IMG/VR virus record: IMGVR_UViG_3300025121_000030
Location: 34,269-98,268 of that record
Source of the DNA: a virus
DNA length: 64,000 nucleotides
Direction: 5' to 3' (one strand)
Positions 20,794 through 30,736 of this stretch are shown here, piece after piece. Numbering within the stretch: the stretch's first letter is position 1; each line of letters begins with the position of its first letter. The position numbers were made by a program, and so were the translations under genes. Below the pieces are notes generated by a model. It had not been told where the DNA came from, ran no database searches, and worked only from the letters and a program-made list of their open reading frames with translations.

Positions 20794-21906
20794 TTGGCTT
20801 CAATTAAAATATATAAAAATCCAACAGGAGATATTGATGGCGATTTAGTCAGTACGGAAGACTGGACATCGCCAGTAGATTCTGGATTTCTCCTTATCCC
20901 AGAAACAGGATCAGAAAGCGTAATTGGAGAATGGAAAAAATGTGCTTTAAGGTGTAATGAAGGTCTCCAGACGATAAATGACCTAAACAGAAATTGCAGA
21001 CTGACGTTAGAAGGATTAAAATCCACATGCTGGCAACTTGCGAGTGATATCAATGGTTTTCCAAATTCTACCCCTTCTGATTGGGGTCAACCATTAGATA
21101 TAGTGTCTGATAAAATTTATGATAAAAATTACATTTTTTGGGTAAGAGCCTGTACTGATGTGGGTGATATCGTAGAGAACGACAAAACTACTAAACTTGT
21201 GGCTCAAGCTCTTGTAGGATTACCGTGGACTTTAGACATAGATGATATGATTTCCGAACCTGATGTAAATGTAGTTTTTTCAAACATAGTAACAATTCCA
21301 GAAGACTGTATTATATATGCGTTAAATGTAGATGCTACCAATCCGGCTTATATTCTTAAATACATTATAAATGGTGAAGAGTTAACAATAGGTCATATGG
21401 GAGATCCTACTTTCGAATGGATTCATCAAGCATTAAGTGTTTCTAAAGATTCAACTTTTCAAATATATTTAGGTGGAGTTTTTGGGAATGAAATAGGTGG
21501 GGATTTAAAACTATTTTTAAATAATGAGAATGGAAAAGAACTATCTTATTTTCATTGGTATGTTTATGCTTGTTATCTTACTACAGCATGTGTTAAATAT
21601 AAAGGATTAGAGGATGATTGTTCTGAGTTGACTGCAATGAGGTTATTAAGAGAGCATTATATTAATGATCCTGAATATAGAGAATTAATTAGAGAATATT
21701 ATCAATTGGCTTCTCAAATTGTTAAAGCTATAGACCAAGAAGATGATCCTAGTTTGGTTTATGAACAAATTTATCAGAGTGTTAAGATTTGTGAAAATGC
21801 AGTTAATAGTGGAGATTGGCAAACTGCTAGAGATGAATATTTGAGTATGTATTATGAGTTGGCAGAGACTTATATAGAGGATTATATTAGGTTGATGGTT
21901 TTGTAG
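20794..21906 (+). CDS. Family A domain + variable domain + CFI-box-CTERM-like domain
   Basis: C-terminal CYLTTACVKYKGLEDDCSELTAMRLLREHY...EYYQLA. Confidence 0.65.
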   Translation: MASIKIYKNPTGDIDGDLVSTEDWTSPVDSGFLLIPETGSESVIGEWKKCALRCNEGLQTINDLNRNCRLTLEGLKSTCWQLASDINGFPNSTPSDWGQPLDIVSDKIYDKNYIFWVRACTDVGDIVENDKTTKLVAQALVGLPWTLDIDDMISEPDVNVVFSNIVTIPEDCIIYALNVDATNPAYILKYIINGEELTIGHMGDPTFEWIHQALSVSKDSTFQIYLGGVFGNEIGGDLKLFLNNENGKELSYFHWYVYACYLTTACVKYKGLEDDCSELTAMRLLREHYINDPEYRELIREYYQLASQIVKAIDQEDDPSLVYEQIYQSVKICENAVNSGDWQTARDEYLSMYYELAETYIEDYIRLMVL

Positions 21907-21935
21907 TAAGTTTAATTAAATATAAAGTTTATTTT

Positions 21936-22044
21936 TAGAAGGGTAAGTTCGGGAGTTATAAACCTGAATGAATCGCAAAACTCCGATTGCGATACCCCTT
22001 CTATTTTTATTTGTCTATTTATCGGAGAAAATTAAGACGGAGGT
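21936..22044 (+). ncRNA. Structured leader RNA, copy 3
   Basis: P1 tagaaggg/cccttcta; P2 gttcggg/cctgaat; P3 atcgcaa/ttgcgat. Loop ctccga pairs with tcggag (22022-27) and cggag at the RBS. Confidence 0.7.
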
Positions 22045-22051
22045 TGATTAA

Positions 22052-23242
22052 GTGAGTGATGAATTAAAGGGTAAAAGTGGTATTTATAAGATTGTAAATT
22101 TGGTTAATGGAAAGTTATATGTTGGGAGTACAGTTAATTTATATAATAGAAAATCTCAGCATTTTAGTAGTCTTATGACAAATTGTCATAAAAATCCGTA
22201 TTTACAAAATGCATTTAATAAATATGGAATTAATACTTTTAAATTTGAAGTATTAGAATATGTAGAAGATGTTGATAAGTTAATAGAACGAGAACAATAT
22301 TATTTAGATATTTATTTTGATAATAAAAATAAGTGTTATAATGTTTTACCAACGGCAGGTTCCCCATTGGGTGTAAAACATTCTGATGAAACGAAATTAA
22401 AGTTAGCAATTACTGGAGGAGCAAAACCTTTTTATGTTTTTAAAGACAGAGAGTTTATAGGAGAATGGATAAATTCATCAGAATGCAGTAGAAATTTAGA
22501 TATAAATTATTCTGGTTATATTCGTAAGTGTTTAAAAGGTAAACAAAATATGTTTAATGGTTATATTTTTATTTATAAGGATGAATATAACGAAGATAAA
22601 TTAAAAGAAATTTATGAAATGGTTGAGTCAAAACCGTTTTTAGTTTTTGAAAAATATACAGAAAATTTTATTGGAGAATATGACACAATAAATAAATGCA
22701 TGATAGATTTAAATATAAATATAAAAAGCGATGGTGATATTAGGAAATATTTAAAAGATAAAACTTATTCTGTGAATAATTATATTTTTATATATAAACA
22801 TGAATATGCAGAAGATAAAGTAAAAGAATTATGTAATATAAACTTAAATGCCAAGCCATTTTATGTTTATAAAAAAGATGATAAAAAATTTGTTGGTAAG
22901 TTTAGTTTGCAACAAGAATGCGCAAAAGAATTAAATATAGACGCATCTAATATTAGTGGTTGTTTAAGAAAAAAACATTATTTTGCAAAAGGATATGTTT
23001 TTATTTATGAAGAAGATTATTCTGAAGAAAAATTAAATGAATTATGTAATAAAACTCAAAGTTTAAAATTTTTGAAATATGAATTTGAGGTACATGAAAA
23101 AAATACAAACAAATTTATAGGTATTTATGATAGCCAAGTAGATTGCGCTAATGAATTAGGATTAAACCATAAAAGTATTAGTAATTGCCTTTGTGGAAAA
23201 CAAATATCAACTGGTGGTTATATTTTTGAAAAAGTTTCTTAA
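22052..23242 (+). CDS. GIY-YIG homing endonuclease
   Basis: SGIYKIVNLVNGKLYVGS; REQYYLD; YN; NUMOD3-like HSDETKLK; repeated C-terminal DNA-binding units. Confidence 0.9.
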   Translation: MSDELKGKSGIYKIVNLVNGKLYVGSTVNLYNRKSQHFSSLMTNCHKNPYLQNAFNKYGINTFKFEVLEYVEDVDKLIEREQYYLDIYFDNKNKCYNVLPTAGSPLGVKHSDETKLKLAITGGAKPFYVFKDREFIGEWINSSECSRNLDINYSGYIRKCLKGKQNMFNGYIFIYKDEYNEDKLKEIYEMVESKPFLVFEKYTENFIGEYDTINKCMIDLNINIKSDGDIRKYLKDKTYSVNNYIFIYKHEYAEDKVKELCNINLNAKPFYVYKKDDKKFVGKFSLQQECAKELNIDASNISGCLRKKHYFAKGYVFIYEEDYSEEKLNELCNKTQSLKFLKYEFEVHEKNTNKFIGIYDSQVDCANELGLNHKSISNCLCGKQISTGGYIFEKVS

Positions 23243-23281
23243 TTAAGATATAAAAATAAATTTGAGAGGAGTGAAATAAAT

Positions 23282-24043
23282 TTGGCTTATCATATAGCAA
23301 TTTATCGTGACAATCCTACCGTAAACTTAACTGATGGAACAATAGTTTCAGAGAATGATTTTTCTAACCCGGTTGATTCAAATCACATATCTATTCCAGC
23401 AACAGGGAGTACAAATGGTAACTGGGTGAAACTTGCTGTACGTTGCGATGAAGGAACAGAAACTATTTTTGACTTAAATCGTCACGCTAGGATCAGTTTA
23501 GATGGTTCTGGCAATACAAATTGGCAACTAGCTGAAGATAATAGTGGTTCTCCATCAAGTACACCACTAGATTGGGGATTACCTTTAGACATAACAGAAA
23601 TTATAACTGATACTAACTATATATTCTGGACTCGTGCAAAAGCAAATTCCACTGAAAGCGTTTCTAATGACACTTCAATTGAAATAATTGCACAGGCTTT
23701 AGTAGGTAATCAGCCTTGGACTTGGAACATATCTGACATGAGTGTAGTAGAAGGGATAGGAGAAGCAACTGAGTCTATTATAATACCAGAAGATTGTACT
23801 TTATATTATACTGTAACAGGGGATATGCCAACTTTTGCAGTTTATACTGTTGGTGGAGATGCATTAAATGGTTGGATAATATGGATTTCTAATTACGATG
23901 TTAGAACATTTAGTTTTATTAAAGATCAAGTGGTTGCTGTATCAATATTATATTCTAATTCTGGAACTACTGGTACTCATATAATAAGAGAAAACGATGA
24001 GAATGGAAGAATAATTGCACAGTTTAATGTAACATGTACATAA
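23282..24043 (+). CDS. Family A domain + variable domain
   Basis: Clear paralog of the N-terminal two-thirds of 20794; lacks the CFI-box domain. Confidence 0.65.
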   Translation: MAYHIAIYRDNPTVNLTDGTIVSENDFSNPVDSNHISIPATGSTNGNWVKLAVRCDEGTETIFDLNRHARISLDGSGNTNWQLAEDNSGSPSSTPLDWGLPLDITEIITDTNYIFWTRAKANSTESVSNDTSIEIIAQALVGNQPWTWNISDMSVVEGIGEATESIIIPEDCTLYYTVTGDMPTFAVYTVGGDALNGWIIWISNYDVRTFSFIKDQVVAVSILYSNSGTTGTHIIRENDENGRIIAQFNVTCT

Positions 24044-24077
24044 AAAATATTGAAAACAGAATATAAAAGTTTATTTT

Positions 24078-24195
24078 TAGAAGGGTAAGTTTGAGATTAG
24101 CTGTCTTAGACGATGCACAAAACTCCAATTGTGTCCCTTCTATTTTTATTTGTGTAAAAATATGTGAGTTTTGGAGAAATCAAATTTATGGAGGT
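24078..24195 (+). ncRNA. Structured leader RNA, copy 4
   Basis: Same P1 as copy 3; P2 gtttgaga/tcttagac; P3 gcacaa/ttgtgt. Loop ctccaa pairs with ttggag (24171-76) and tggag at the RBS. Confidence 0.7.
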
Positions 24196-24207
24196 TGATT
24201 GTATTAA

Positions 24208-25341
24208 ATGAGTGATGAAGTAATGTTTGGTAGTATTTATAAGATAACTAATAAAATAAATAATAAGGTTTATATTGGGCAAACTGTACAGCCATTAAAT
24301 TATAGATGGACAGGACATTGTTCTAATGCAAATATGGGAATAGATACTCATTTTTGTCGTGCAATACGCAAATATGGTAAAGATAATTTTATAATTGAAG
24401 AAATTGAAAAAGTTTCTATCGACCAATTAGATGATGTAGAAATAAAATGGATTGCTTATTATGATAGTTATAATAATGGTTATAACAGTACATTAGGTGG
24501 TGGAGGCAATAAGGGTTGTGACTTAGATGAATCTGAAGTTATTGATCATTATTTAAAATGTAAAAATGCGTATATAACAGCGGAGTTTTTTGGATGTAGC
24601 ATAAGTCCAATATATAGTATATTACGTAAAAATGGTATTAAAAATAAAGATTTAGACCATGATGAAGTGATTAAATATTATTTAGATTGTAGGTCAACTT
24701 TTAAAACAGCAGAGTTTTTTGGTGTTAATGATGAAACAATTCGTAAAATTCTTGTTAAAAATGATATAAAAAGAGATGGTCATACTAGATATGATTTAGA
24801 TGAAGAAGAGATAATAAATTATTATTTGGAATGTAAATCAATAGAAGATACTGTAAAACATTTTGGGCACTATCATGAAGCTATAAGTAAAATTCTTAAT
24901 AATAATAATATTGAAAGACTTAGAAAAACACGATCACGTTTCATATGGGATGAAAATGGAAATAAAAAATATCTAAATGAAGAAGAAGTGATTAATTATT
25001 ATCTTGATTGTAGATTAATATATAAAACTGCTGAATATTTTAAATGTTGTTTAAAAGCTGTAAGTGATATTCTCAACAATAATAATGTAGACAGATCAGA
25101 AGATTCTATATCAGTATATGCCATAGATAAAAATGGTAATAGATATGATTTTGATGATATTAAAGATGCTGTTGATTATTTAATTAAAAATGGTAATTCA
25201 AAGATTATTAGTAGACCAAAAGAGAATGCATATAAACAAGCAATTAATAAAACCGCAAGAGGAGAAAAGAAAACTGCATATGGTTTAAAGTGGTATTACA
25301 AAGAAAATAATGAAGATACTTTATTAGAAAATGTAATTTGA
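24208..25341 (+). CDS. GIY-YIG homing endonuclease with tandem HTH-like repeats
   Basis: GSIYKITNKINNKVYIGQT; E..WI..YDSY.NGYN.T.GG; four LD.EE.I.YYL.C....TAE.F repeats. Confidence 0.9.
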   Translation: MSDEVMFGSIYKITNKINNKVYIGQTVQPLNYRWTGHCSNANMGIDTHFCRAIRKYGKDNFIIEEIEKVSIDQLDDVEIKWIAYYDSYNNGYNSTLGGGGNKGCDLDESEVIDHYLKCKNAYITAEFFGCSISPIYSILRKNGIKNKDLDHDEVIKYYLDCRSTFKTAEFFGVNDETIRKILVKNDIKRDGHTRYDLDEEEIINYYLECKSIEDTVKHFGHYHEAISKILNNNNIERLRKTRSRFIWDENGNKKYLNEEEVINYYLDCRLIYKTAEYFKCCLKAVSDILNNNNVDRSEDSISVYAIDKNGNRYDFDDIKDAVDYLIKNGNSKIISRPKENAYKQAINKTARGEKKTAYGLKWYYKENNEDTLLENVI

Positions 25342-25383
25342 TTACATATTAAAAAATATATTAAGAAAGGAATGATTTAAATT

Positions 25384-25821
25384 ATGGCTTTAATTAATAT
25401 TTATAAAGGCACAGATATTACTTCTGGAGGCACTGAGGGAACTCTTGTGTCTAGCGGGGATAATAGCAATTCAATAGAAACTGGATATATTAAGATTCCA
25501 GCATCTGGTTTTACTGAATCAGAATGGGTAAAAATTGGGATTCGTTGCACAACAGGACATAAGACAATTCTTGAAAACTCTAGACACGCTAGAGTATCTA
25601 TAACCGATTCAGGAGATGTAACTCGTTGGCAGTTAGCTTTAGATGATTCGGGAAGTCCTTCAGGTTCACCATCTGCATATGGAAGTCCTTTAGATTTTAC
25701 TAGTGAGATAGGGAGTACAAATGTAATTTTCTGGATAAGAGCTAAGGCTGAATCAAGTGAGGTTCCAGTTAACTCAACGCAAGTCAAGGTAACTTTATCA
25801 GCGACCATAGGTGCTGTGTAA
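25384..25821 (+). CDS. Virion structural protein, paralog family A
   Basis: INIYK..GGTEGTLVS..IRC..G..WQLALD..NVIFWIRAKA. Confidence 0.65.
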   Translation: MALINIYKGTDITSGGTEGTLVSSGDNSNSIETGYIKIPASGFTESEWVKIGIRCTTGHKTILENSRHARVSITDSGDVTRWQLALDDSGSPSGSPSAYGSPLDFTSEIGSTNVIFWIRAKAESSEVPVNSTQVKVTLSATIGAV

Positions 25822-25833
25822 GGAGTTGATTAA

Positions 25834-26613
25834 ATGTCAATCATCACAACTTTAACTCCAACTAACATAGCAAAAACATCTATAACTTTTCATGGTAATG
25901 CAGTAATTTGGACATTGCCATTTGATGGAACTAATCAACCAGGTGTTGAAATAGACGAAGTAATTACTAACACATTAACAATTCCTGCAAATTGTGTATT
26001 ATATATGGAATGCACTGGTAATTCTGGCTTTATTAATTGGTCTAAAAACAATGAAGATACTTGGGCATGGGGACCGTATCAAGAAGATCCAGAAGATCCA
26101 GAGAGTCCTGTCATATGGATATGGTATAATCAAACACTTTCTTTTAATGAAAATGATACACTAGCTATAAAAATAAATAATTTCCTTGGCGGCCCGATGG
26201 ATGGCGATATCACCATTAAATTAAATACTGTATCTGGTCGCACATTATCTCAATTTCATTATGCCGCAGAAGGTTCTTGTTACCTTACAACATCTTGTGT
26301 TGGATATAAAGGATTACCTGATAATTGCTCTGAATTAACAGCAATGCGTTTATTGAGAGAACATTATATTAATGAACCAGAATATATCGCATTAATTTCA
26401 GAGTATAATCAATTATCAAGACAGATTATAAATATGGTAAATCAAGAAATAAATCCAGATATAATTTACGAACAAATATATCAAAGTGTGAAAATTTGTG
26501 AAACAGCAATAAATAATGAAGATTGGCAGACTGCTCGTAACGAATATTTGGGCATGTATTATCAATTAGCAGAAACTTATATTCCTAATTATCAAAGATT
26601 AATGCCTTTATGA
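25834..26613 (+). CDS. Partial Fn3 strands + variable domain + CFI-box-CTERM-like domain
   Basis: N-terminus TTLTPTNIAKTSITFHG; C-terminus GSCYLTTSCVGYKGLPDNCSELTAMRLLREHY, highly similar to 20794. Confidence 0.65.
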   Translation: MSIITTLTPTNIAKTSITFHGNAVIWTLPFDGTNQPGVEIDEVITNTLTIPANCVLYMECTGNSGFINWSKNNEDTWAWGPYQEDPEDPESPVIWIWYNQTLSFNENDTLAIKINNFLGGPMDGDITIKLNTVSGRTLSQFHYAAEGSCYLTTSCVGYKGLPDNCSELTAMRLLREHYINEPEYIALISEYNQLSRQIINMVNQEINPDIIYEQIYQSVKICETAINNEDWQTARNEYLGMYYQLAETYIPNYQRLMPL

Positions 26614-26629
26614 AAGGCTGGTGAAATAA

Positions 26630-27646
26630 ATGGCAACACAAGTTTATTTTGAATATAAAATACAAGGTGGATCAACATGGACTGAAACTACTAAACAAAC
26701 AATAACTGTAACTCAAGATTATGAATTAGATATGTCTAATTTGGATATGGGAACTAACTATGAGTATCGTGCGATTGTAAATGATGATGGTTGCATTAAT
26801 AGTGGCGAAACAATGACTTTTTTTACATGGTCAGAAGAGATTAATAGTTTTGATTCACTGAGAAGATTATTGTTAGATGATATTTATAATGGTGACAGTT
26901 TAAGAAAACTATCTTTGGATGAAATTATTAATGGAGATACATTAAGAAAATTAATTTTATCAGAAACTACAAACTTTGATACTCTTAGAAAAATTGCTTA
27001 TGGTGGTTATTTTAGTGGAAAAACTTATCGTAGTATTGTTAAATATTATGAAGAATTATTTGATTCATTGAGAAAGTTAGCAATAGATGAGAATATTAAT
27101 TTTGATTCATTGAGAGCATTAATTTTATCAGAGGTTGTTGATTTTGATAGTTTGAGATTGTTGATTATGGAAGACAGTGCTAACTTTGATACGTTACGGA
27201 AATTAGTAGTTTTGGATGAAAGTGATTATGATACATTAAGAAAATTAATTGACGATAGTAAATTTTCTACTGGTCTACTTAGAATATTGAGATCCGCAAC
27301 GGCTGAAGAAGATGAAGAAGAAATGGAAACTTGCTTTGTGTTTTTTAATTCAGAAGAGTCAATAGTTGGAGAAGAATTGGATGTAACAGGGTATTCAGAT
27401 TGTCTTGTTGAAGTATATTCAAAATTTGGTTCAACATTTGAGACAATTTTTGAAGGCACAATAGATCAAAATTTTTATCCAATTATGGCTATAAAGTCAA
27501 GCGATTTAAGTTTAATTAATAATCCTACTAGTATAGGTACACATAATTTAGATGTTACGGGTTTAAAGAAAATCAGATGTTCTCTTAATTCTGTTTTATT
27601 TGATAAAATAAGAATGGTAGGAAACTTATTTAAAGAGAAAGATTAA
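26630..27646 (+). CDS. Partial Fn3 + acidic 14-aa repeats (FDSLRKL) + family B domain
   Basis: VYFEY...L.MGTNYEYRA..GE...F.T; about 11 repeats; C-terminal FEGTID..LDVTGL..IRC. Confidence 0.65.
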   Translation: MATQVYFEYKIQGGSTWTETTKQTITVTQDYELDMSNLDMGTNYEYRAIVNDDGCINSGETMTFFTWSEEINSFDSLRRLLLDDIYNGDSLRKLSLDEIINGDTLRKLILSETTNFDTLRKIAYGGYFSGKTYRSIVKYYEELFDSLRKLAIDENINFDSLRALILSEVVDFDSLRLLIMEDSANFDTLRKLVVLDESDYDTLRKLIDDSKFSTGLLRILRSATAEEDEEEMETCFVFFNSEESIVGEELDVTGYSDCLVEVYSKFGSTFETIFEGTIDQNFYPIMAIKSSDLSLINNPTSIGTHNLDVTGLKKIRCSLNSVLFDKIRMVGNLFKEKD

Positions 27647-27721
27647 AACAATAAAATAATATTTTAAATAATTATGCTCTACTTTATTAGAGTGTTTTTA
27701 TTTTAAGGGGTGAATAATTAA

Positions 27722-28054
27722 ATGGGTAATTTCCCTGTAAAAATACATTATTTCCATAGTAAAGAAGATTCAGCGGTGAACGGAGAAGAATTGGTTGTAG
27801 AAAGTGGAATGGAAGTAATTGATGTAGAAATTATTAATGATGGAGCCACATTTTTGGTACAGTTTGAAGGATCACTTGATGGTATTAATTGGTATTTATT
27901 AAATTGTATTAATTTATCAACATTAGGGACTTTAACACAAATTATTGTCTCTGGTCTTTTCCAGGTGGATCTATCTGGTTTACATCGTCTTCGTTGCAAA
28001 ATTAATTCTATCTCGGTTGGCGATATAACTGTAGTTGGCAGAGCTGTCAATTAG
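27722..28054 (+). CDS. Small virion protein, paralog family B
   Basis: FEGSLDGINW...GLFQVDLSGL..LRC..G.ITV.G, shared with 40844 and the C-terminus of 26630. Confidence 0.6.
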   Translation: MGNFPVKIHYFHSKEDSAVNGEELVVESGMEVIDVEIINDGATFLVQFEGSLDGINWYLLNCINLSTLGTLTQIIVSGLFQVDLSGLHRLRCKINSISVGDITVVGRAVN

Positions 28055-28124
28055 TTAATTTTTTAATGAGAGGAATGACTTAAATGATATATATATTAAA
28101 TAAATCTTCAGGTGGTGATACCTA

Positions 28125-29450
28125 TTGAAAACTGGAAATTATATAATGGCGTTATTAAAAAAAGCTCAAGAAGGTGGTGGTACTCCATCAAATCTTCCTA
28201 ATTATTTACCAAGTCAAGAAGATTTTGATAATTCTGGAATATTACTTAAGACATATGATGTTACACCTTTAAATGGAGATCGGCGTTTGCGTGAAAACGT
28301 AGATAAAATTATTTGGGAAAAATTCTATGATCCATTGGGTGCTACAGCATATGCATGGCATCAAGTTTCAGATATAGAAATACCAGATGTCACAACATCT
28401 AATGATGTTCATTTTATATATTTACGAGGTGATGCAGATACAGAAGATAGTGTTAGATTTATGCTTGATAATGGTACTACAAAAATACAAAAATTAGTTG
28501 ATTCTATTTGGGTTGACGCTTCATTTACTTCTGGTAGTGCTACTATTAATTTTAGCAATGATGTATCAGTTGGTTCTGTTGGACACCATTTAAATATTTC
28601 TTCTAAGTCAACGGGCGAAAAATATTTTGCTATACAAATACCATTTAATGATGATGGAACAAAAGATGTAGGCACTCCAAAATTAGGAACAAAAATATTT
28701 CGTTCAATTATACAACCAGATGAATCAGGTGAATGGATTGGAACTACGTTACGATATGATAGACCAATTACTTCTCAGTTTATATATGATAAATTATATT
28801 TTAAAGTAGGTTCTGTAATAGCAACAAAACATATCCGAATACGATTGTATCGTAATATTGAAGATCGTGATCATTTATTTTATGATGAAACATTTAATTA
28901 TTCTACATTTAGTCCTGCGAATGCTGAAATAAGTATTAATGTAAAACAAGATGTCTCATATATAAAAGGAATTAATATTATTGCAGTATATGAAAGTGAA
29001 GAACCATTTAGTTTTAAAACAAATGTAGATGGTACAATCCCTTGGATTGCAATGGATCAATGGCTTGAACATCATGAGTACATTCCTAGTTGGGACACAT
29101 GGGAAGAAAAAACATGGAATACTAATGAAGCCATAGTAAAAAATGGGATACTTTATATTTGTCAAGAAAGTGGTTCTCAAACTGGAACTTTTGATAGTAA
29201 TATATCTGCTGGTAAATGGAAATCTTTAGAAGATGTATTGAGTGGAATTGGTGAGAGTAGTAGTGATGATAGTAAAGATTTAGTTGTTAATTACGGAGTT
29301 AGTGGCGGTGCTATTACTGATGTGTATAGTAGTGATTCTTCATCTTTAAATGGTGGTTTATTGAGTGAAGATAATAGTGAGTTTTATATTATAAATGGTG
29401 GTACACTAGACAATGATTTTAATTTCCAGTTAGACGGGGGTACGTTCTAA
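28125..29450 (+). CDS. Putative fibre/decoration protein with a CBM5/12-like module
   Basis: WEEKTW...IVKNGILYIC...KW module; C-terminal (N/D)GG repeats ending LDGGTF. Confidence 0.55.
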   Translation: MKTGNYIMALLKKAQEGGGTPSNLPNYLPSQEDFDNSGILLKTYDVTPLNGDRRLRENVDKIIWEKFYDPLGATAYAWHQVSDIEIPDVTTSNDVHFIYLRGDADTEDSVRFMLDNGTTKIQKLVDSIWVDASFTSGSATINFSNDVSVGSVGHHLNISSKSTGEKYFAIQIPFNDDGTKDVGTPKLGTKIFRSIIQPDESGEWIGTTLRYDRPITSQFIYDKLYFKVGSVIATKHIRIRLYRNIEDRDHLFYDETFNYSTFSPANAEISINVKQDVSYIKGINIIAVYESEEPFSFKTNVDGTIPWIAMDQWLEHHEYIPSWDTWEEKTWNTNEAIVKNGILYICQESGSQTGTFDSNISAGKWKSLEDVLSGIGESSSDDSKDLVVNYGVSGGAITDVYSSDSSSLNGGLLSEDNSEFYIINGGTLDNDFNFQLDGGTF

Positions 29451-29482
29451 AGTTAATGTAAAGGAATGAAGTAAAATTAAAT

Positions 29483-29587
29483 ATGGTTTCTGTATGAGGT
29501 TCTAAACTTATATAGAGTAAAACGAAGACACTGTACTGCTTTACAGTGTCTTTATCCATTTGTAAATCTTTTTATGCAGAAAAGGAG
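29483..29587 (+). ncRNA. Structured leader RNA, copy 5 (divergent)
   Basis: P2 tctgtatgag/cttatataga; P3 aagacactgta/tacagtgtctt. Loop ctgc pairs with gcag (29576-79) next to the RBS. Confidence 0.45.
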
Positions 29588-29594
29588 AATGAAT

Positions 29595-30689
29595 ATGGGA
29601 TTGATAACTAAAACTGTAATGGTAAAATGAAATGTTAGGAATAAGCAATGGTATGAGTCTAAAGAATATATTTTTACTAAATGGAAAGATGAATTTGAAG
29701 TAAAAGTTGAAGATTTAACTAGTGGAAGCACTTCATACGTAGATGTTAAGTGTGATTGTGAATACTGTAAAAGTCCTTATTTAAAACCTATGATGTATAA
29801 AGATTATATAAGAAGTGTTTTTGAAGATGGTAGATATTGTTGTAGAAAATGTTTAGATGACATTAAGGCTATAAAATTAGGTAAGAAAATAAAAGTTGGA
29901 AATGAAATTGTTTTAGTAAACAAACCGAAAATAACAAACAAAACTGGCAAGAATAAAATACCTCATAAAAAGCGTTTTCTTGAAATCCTTGGTGTAGATG
30001 ATTATGACTCAATTAGAAACTATCTTTTTAATGAATATGTAATAAACATTAAAAGTGCTAAAAAAATATCAGATGAAATAAAGATACCAGAAAAAACAAT
30101 TGTTAGATTAATACATCGTTATAATATACCAATTAATAAACCTAGCGATTATGACCTTGGTATGAAAGGTAAAAATCATTCAGAAGAAACAAGACAAAAA
30201 ATGAGAGATAATTCACCAAAATATAGACCATGGATGATAGGAAAAATTTGGACGGATGAACGAAGAGAAAAAACGTTAAGAACAAGAAAAGAAACTGAAT
30301 TTTTAATTGGTAATAAAAATGGAAACTGGAAGGGTGGAGTAAGTTATATTCACAACATTATAAGATGTAGAGATGAATATAAACAATGGCGTTTTAATGT
30401 GATGGAACGTGATAATTTTACTTGTCAATTTATAGGTGGAAAACGCAATTTACAAGTTCATCATTTATGGGAATTAGCAGATATAGTTCAAGAAGCTAGA
30501 GATAAGCTTGGAGATATTAATGATAATAGGGAAGAAATAATTCAATATGTATTATCCAAACATACATTGGATATTGGTATCACAGTAAATAAAGATTATC
30601 ATTCAAATGTAATACATGATAATAAAGATAGAAGTAAAAGACAAAAAACATATCGTTATAAAAATAAAAATAAAAAAGAAGTGGTTTAA
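29595..30689 (+). pseudogene. HNH homing endonuclease with in-frame TGA at codon 12
   Basis: MGLITKTVMVK*NVRNKQWYE...VKVEDL..VDVKCDC is in frame with ORF 29790; NUMOD3 (KGKNHSEETRQKM), NWKGG, ERDNFTCQ..LQVHH motifs. Confidence 0.7.
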
Positions 30690-30736
30690 TAACTGCTTCT
30701 TTTTAAATCATAATAAGGAAGGAATGATTATAAATT

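Noticed and set aside
29628-29630. Genome-wide TGA recoding
   Set aside because: TGA ends several genes normally (e.g. 7450, 11674, 20479, 25341); only one in-frame case was seen.
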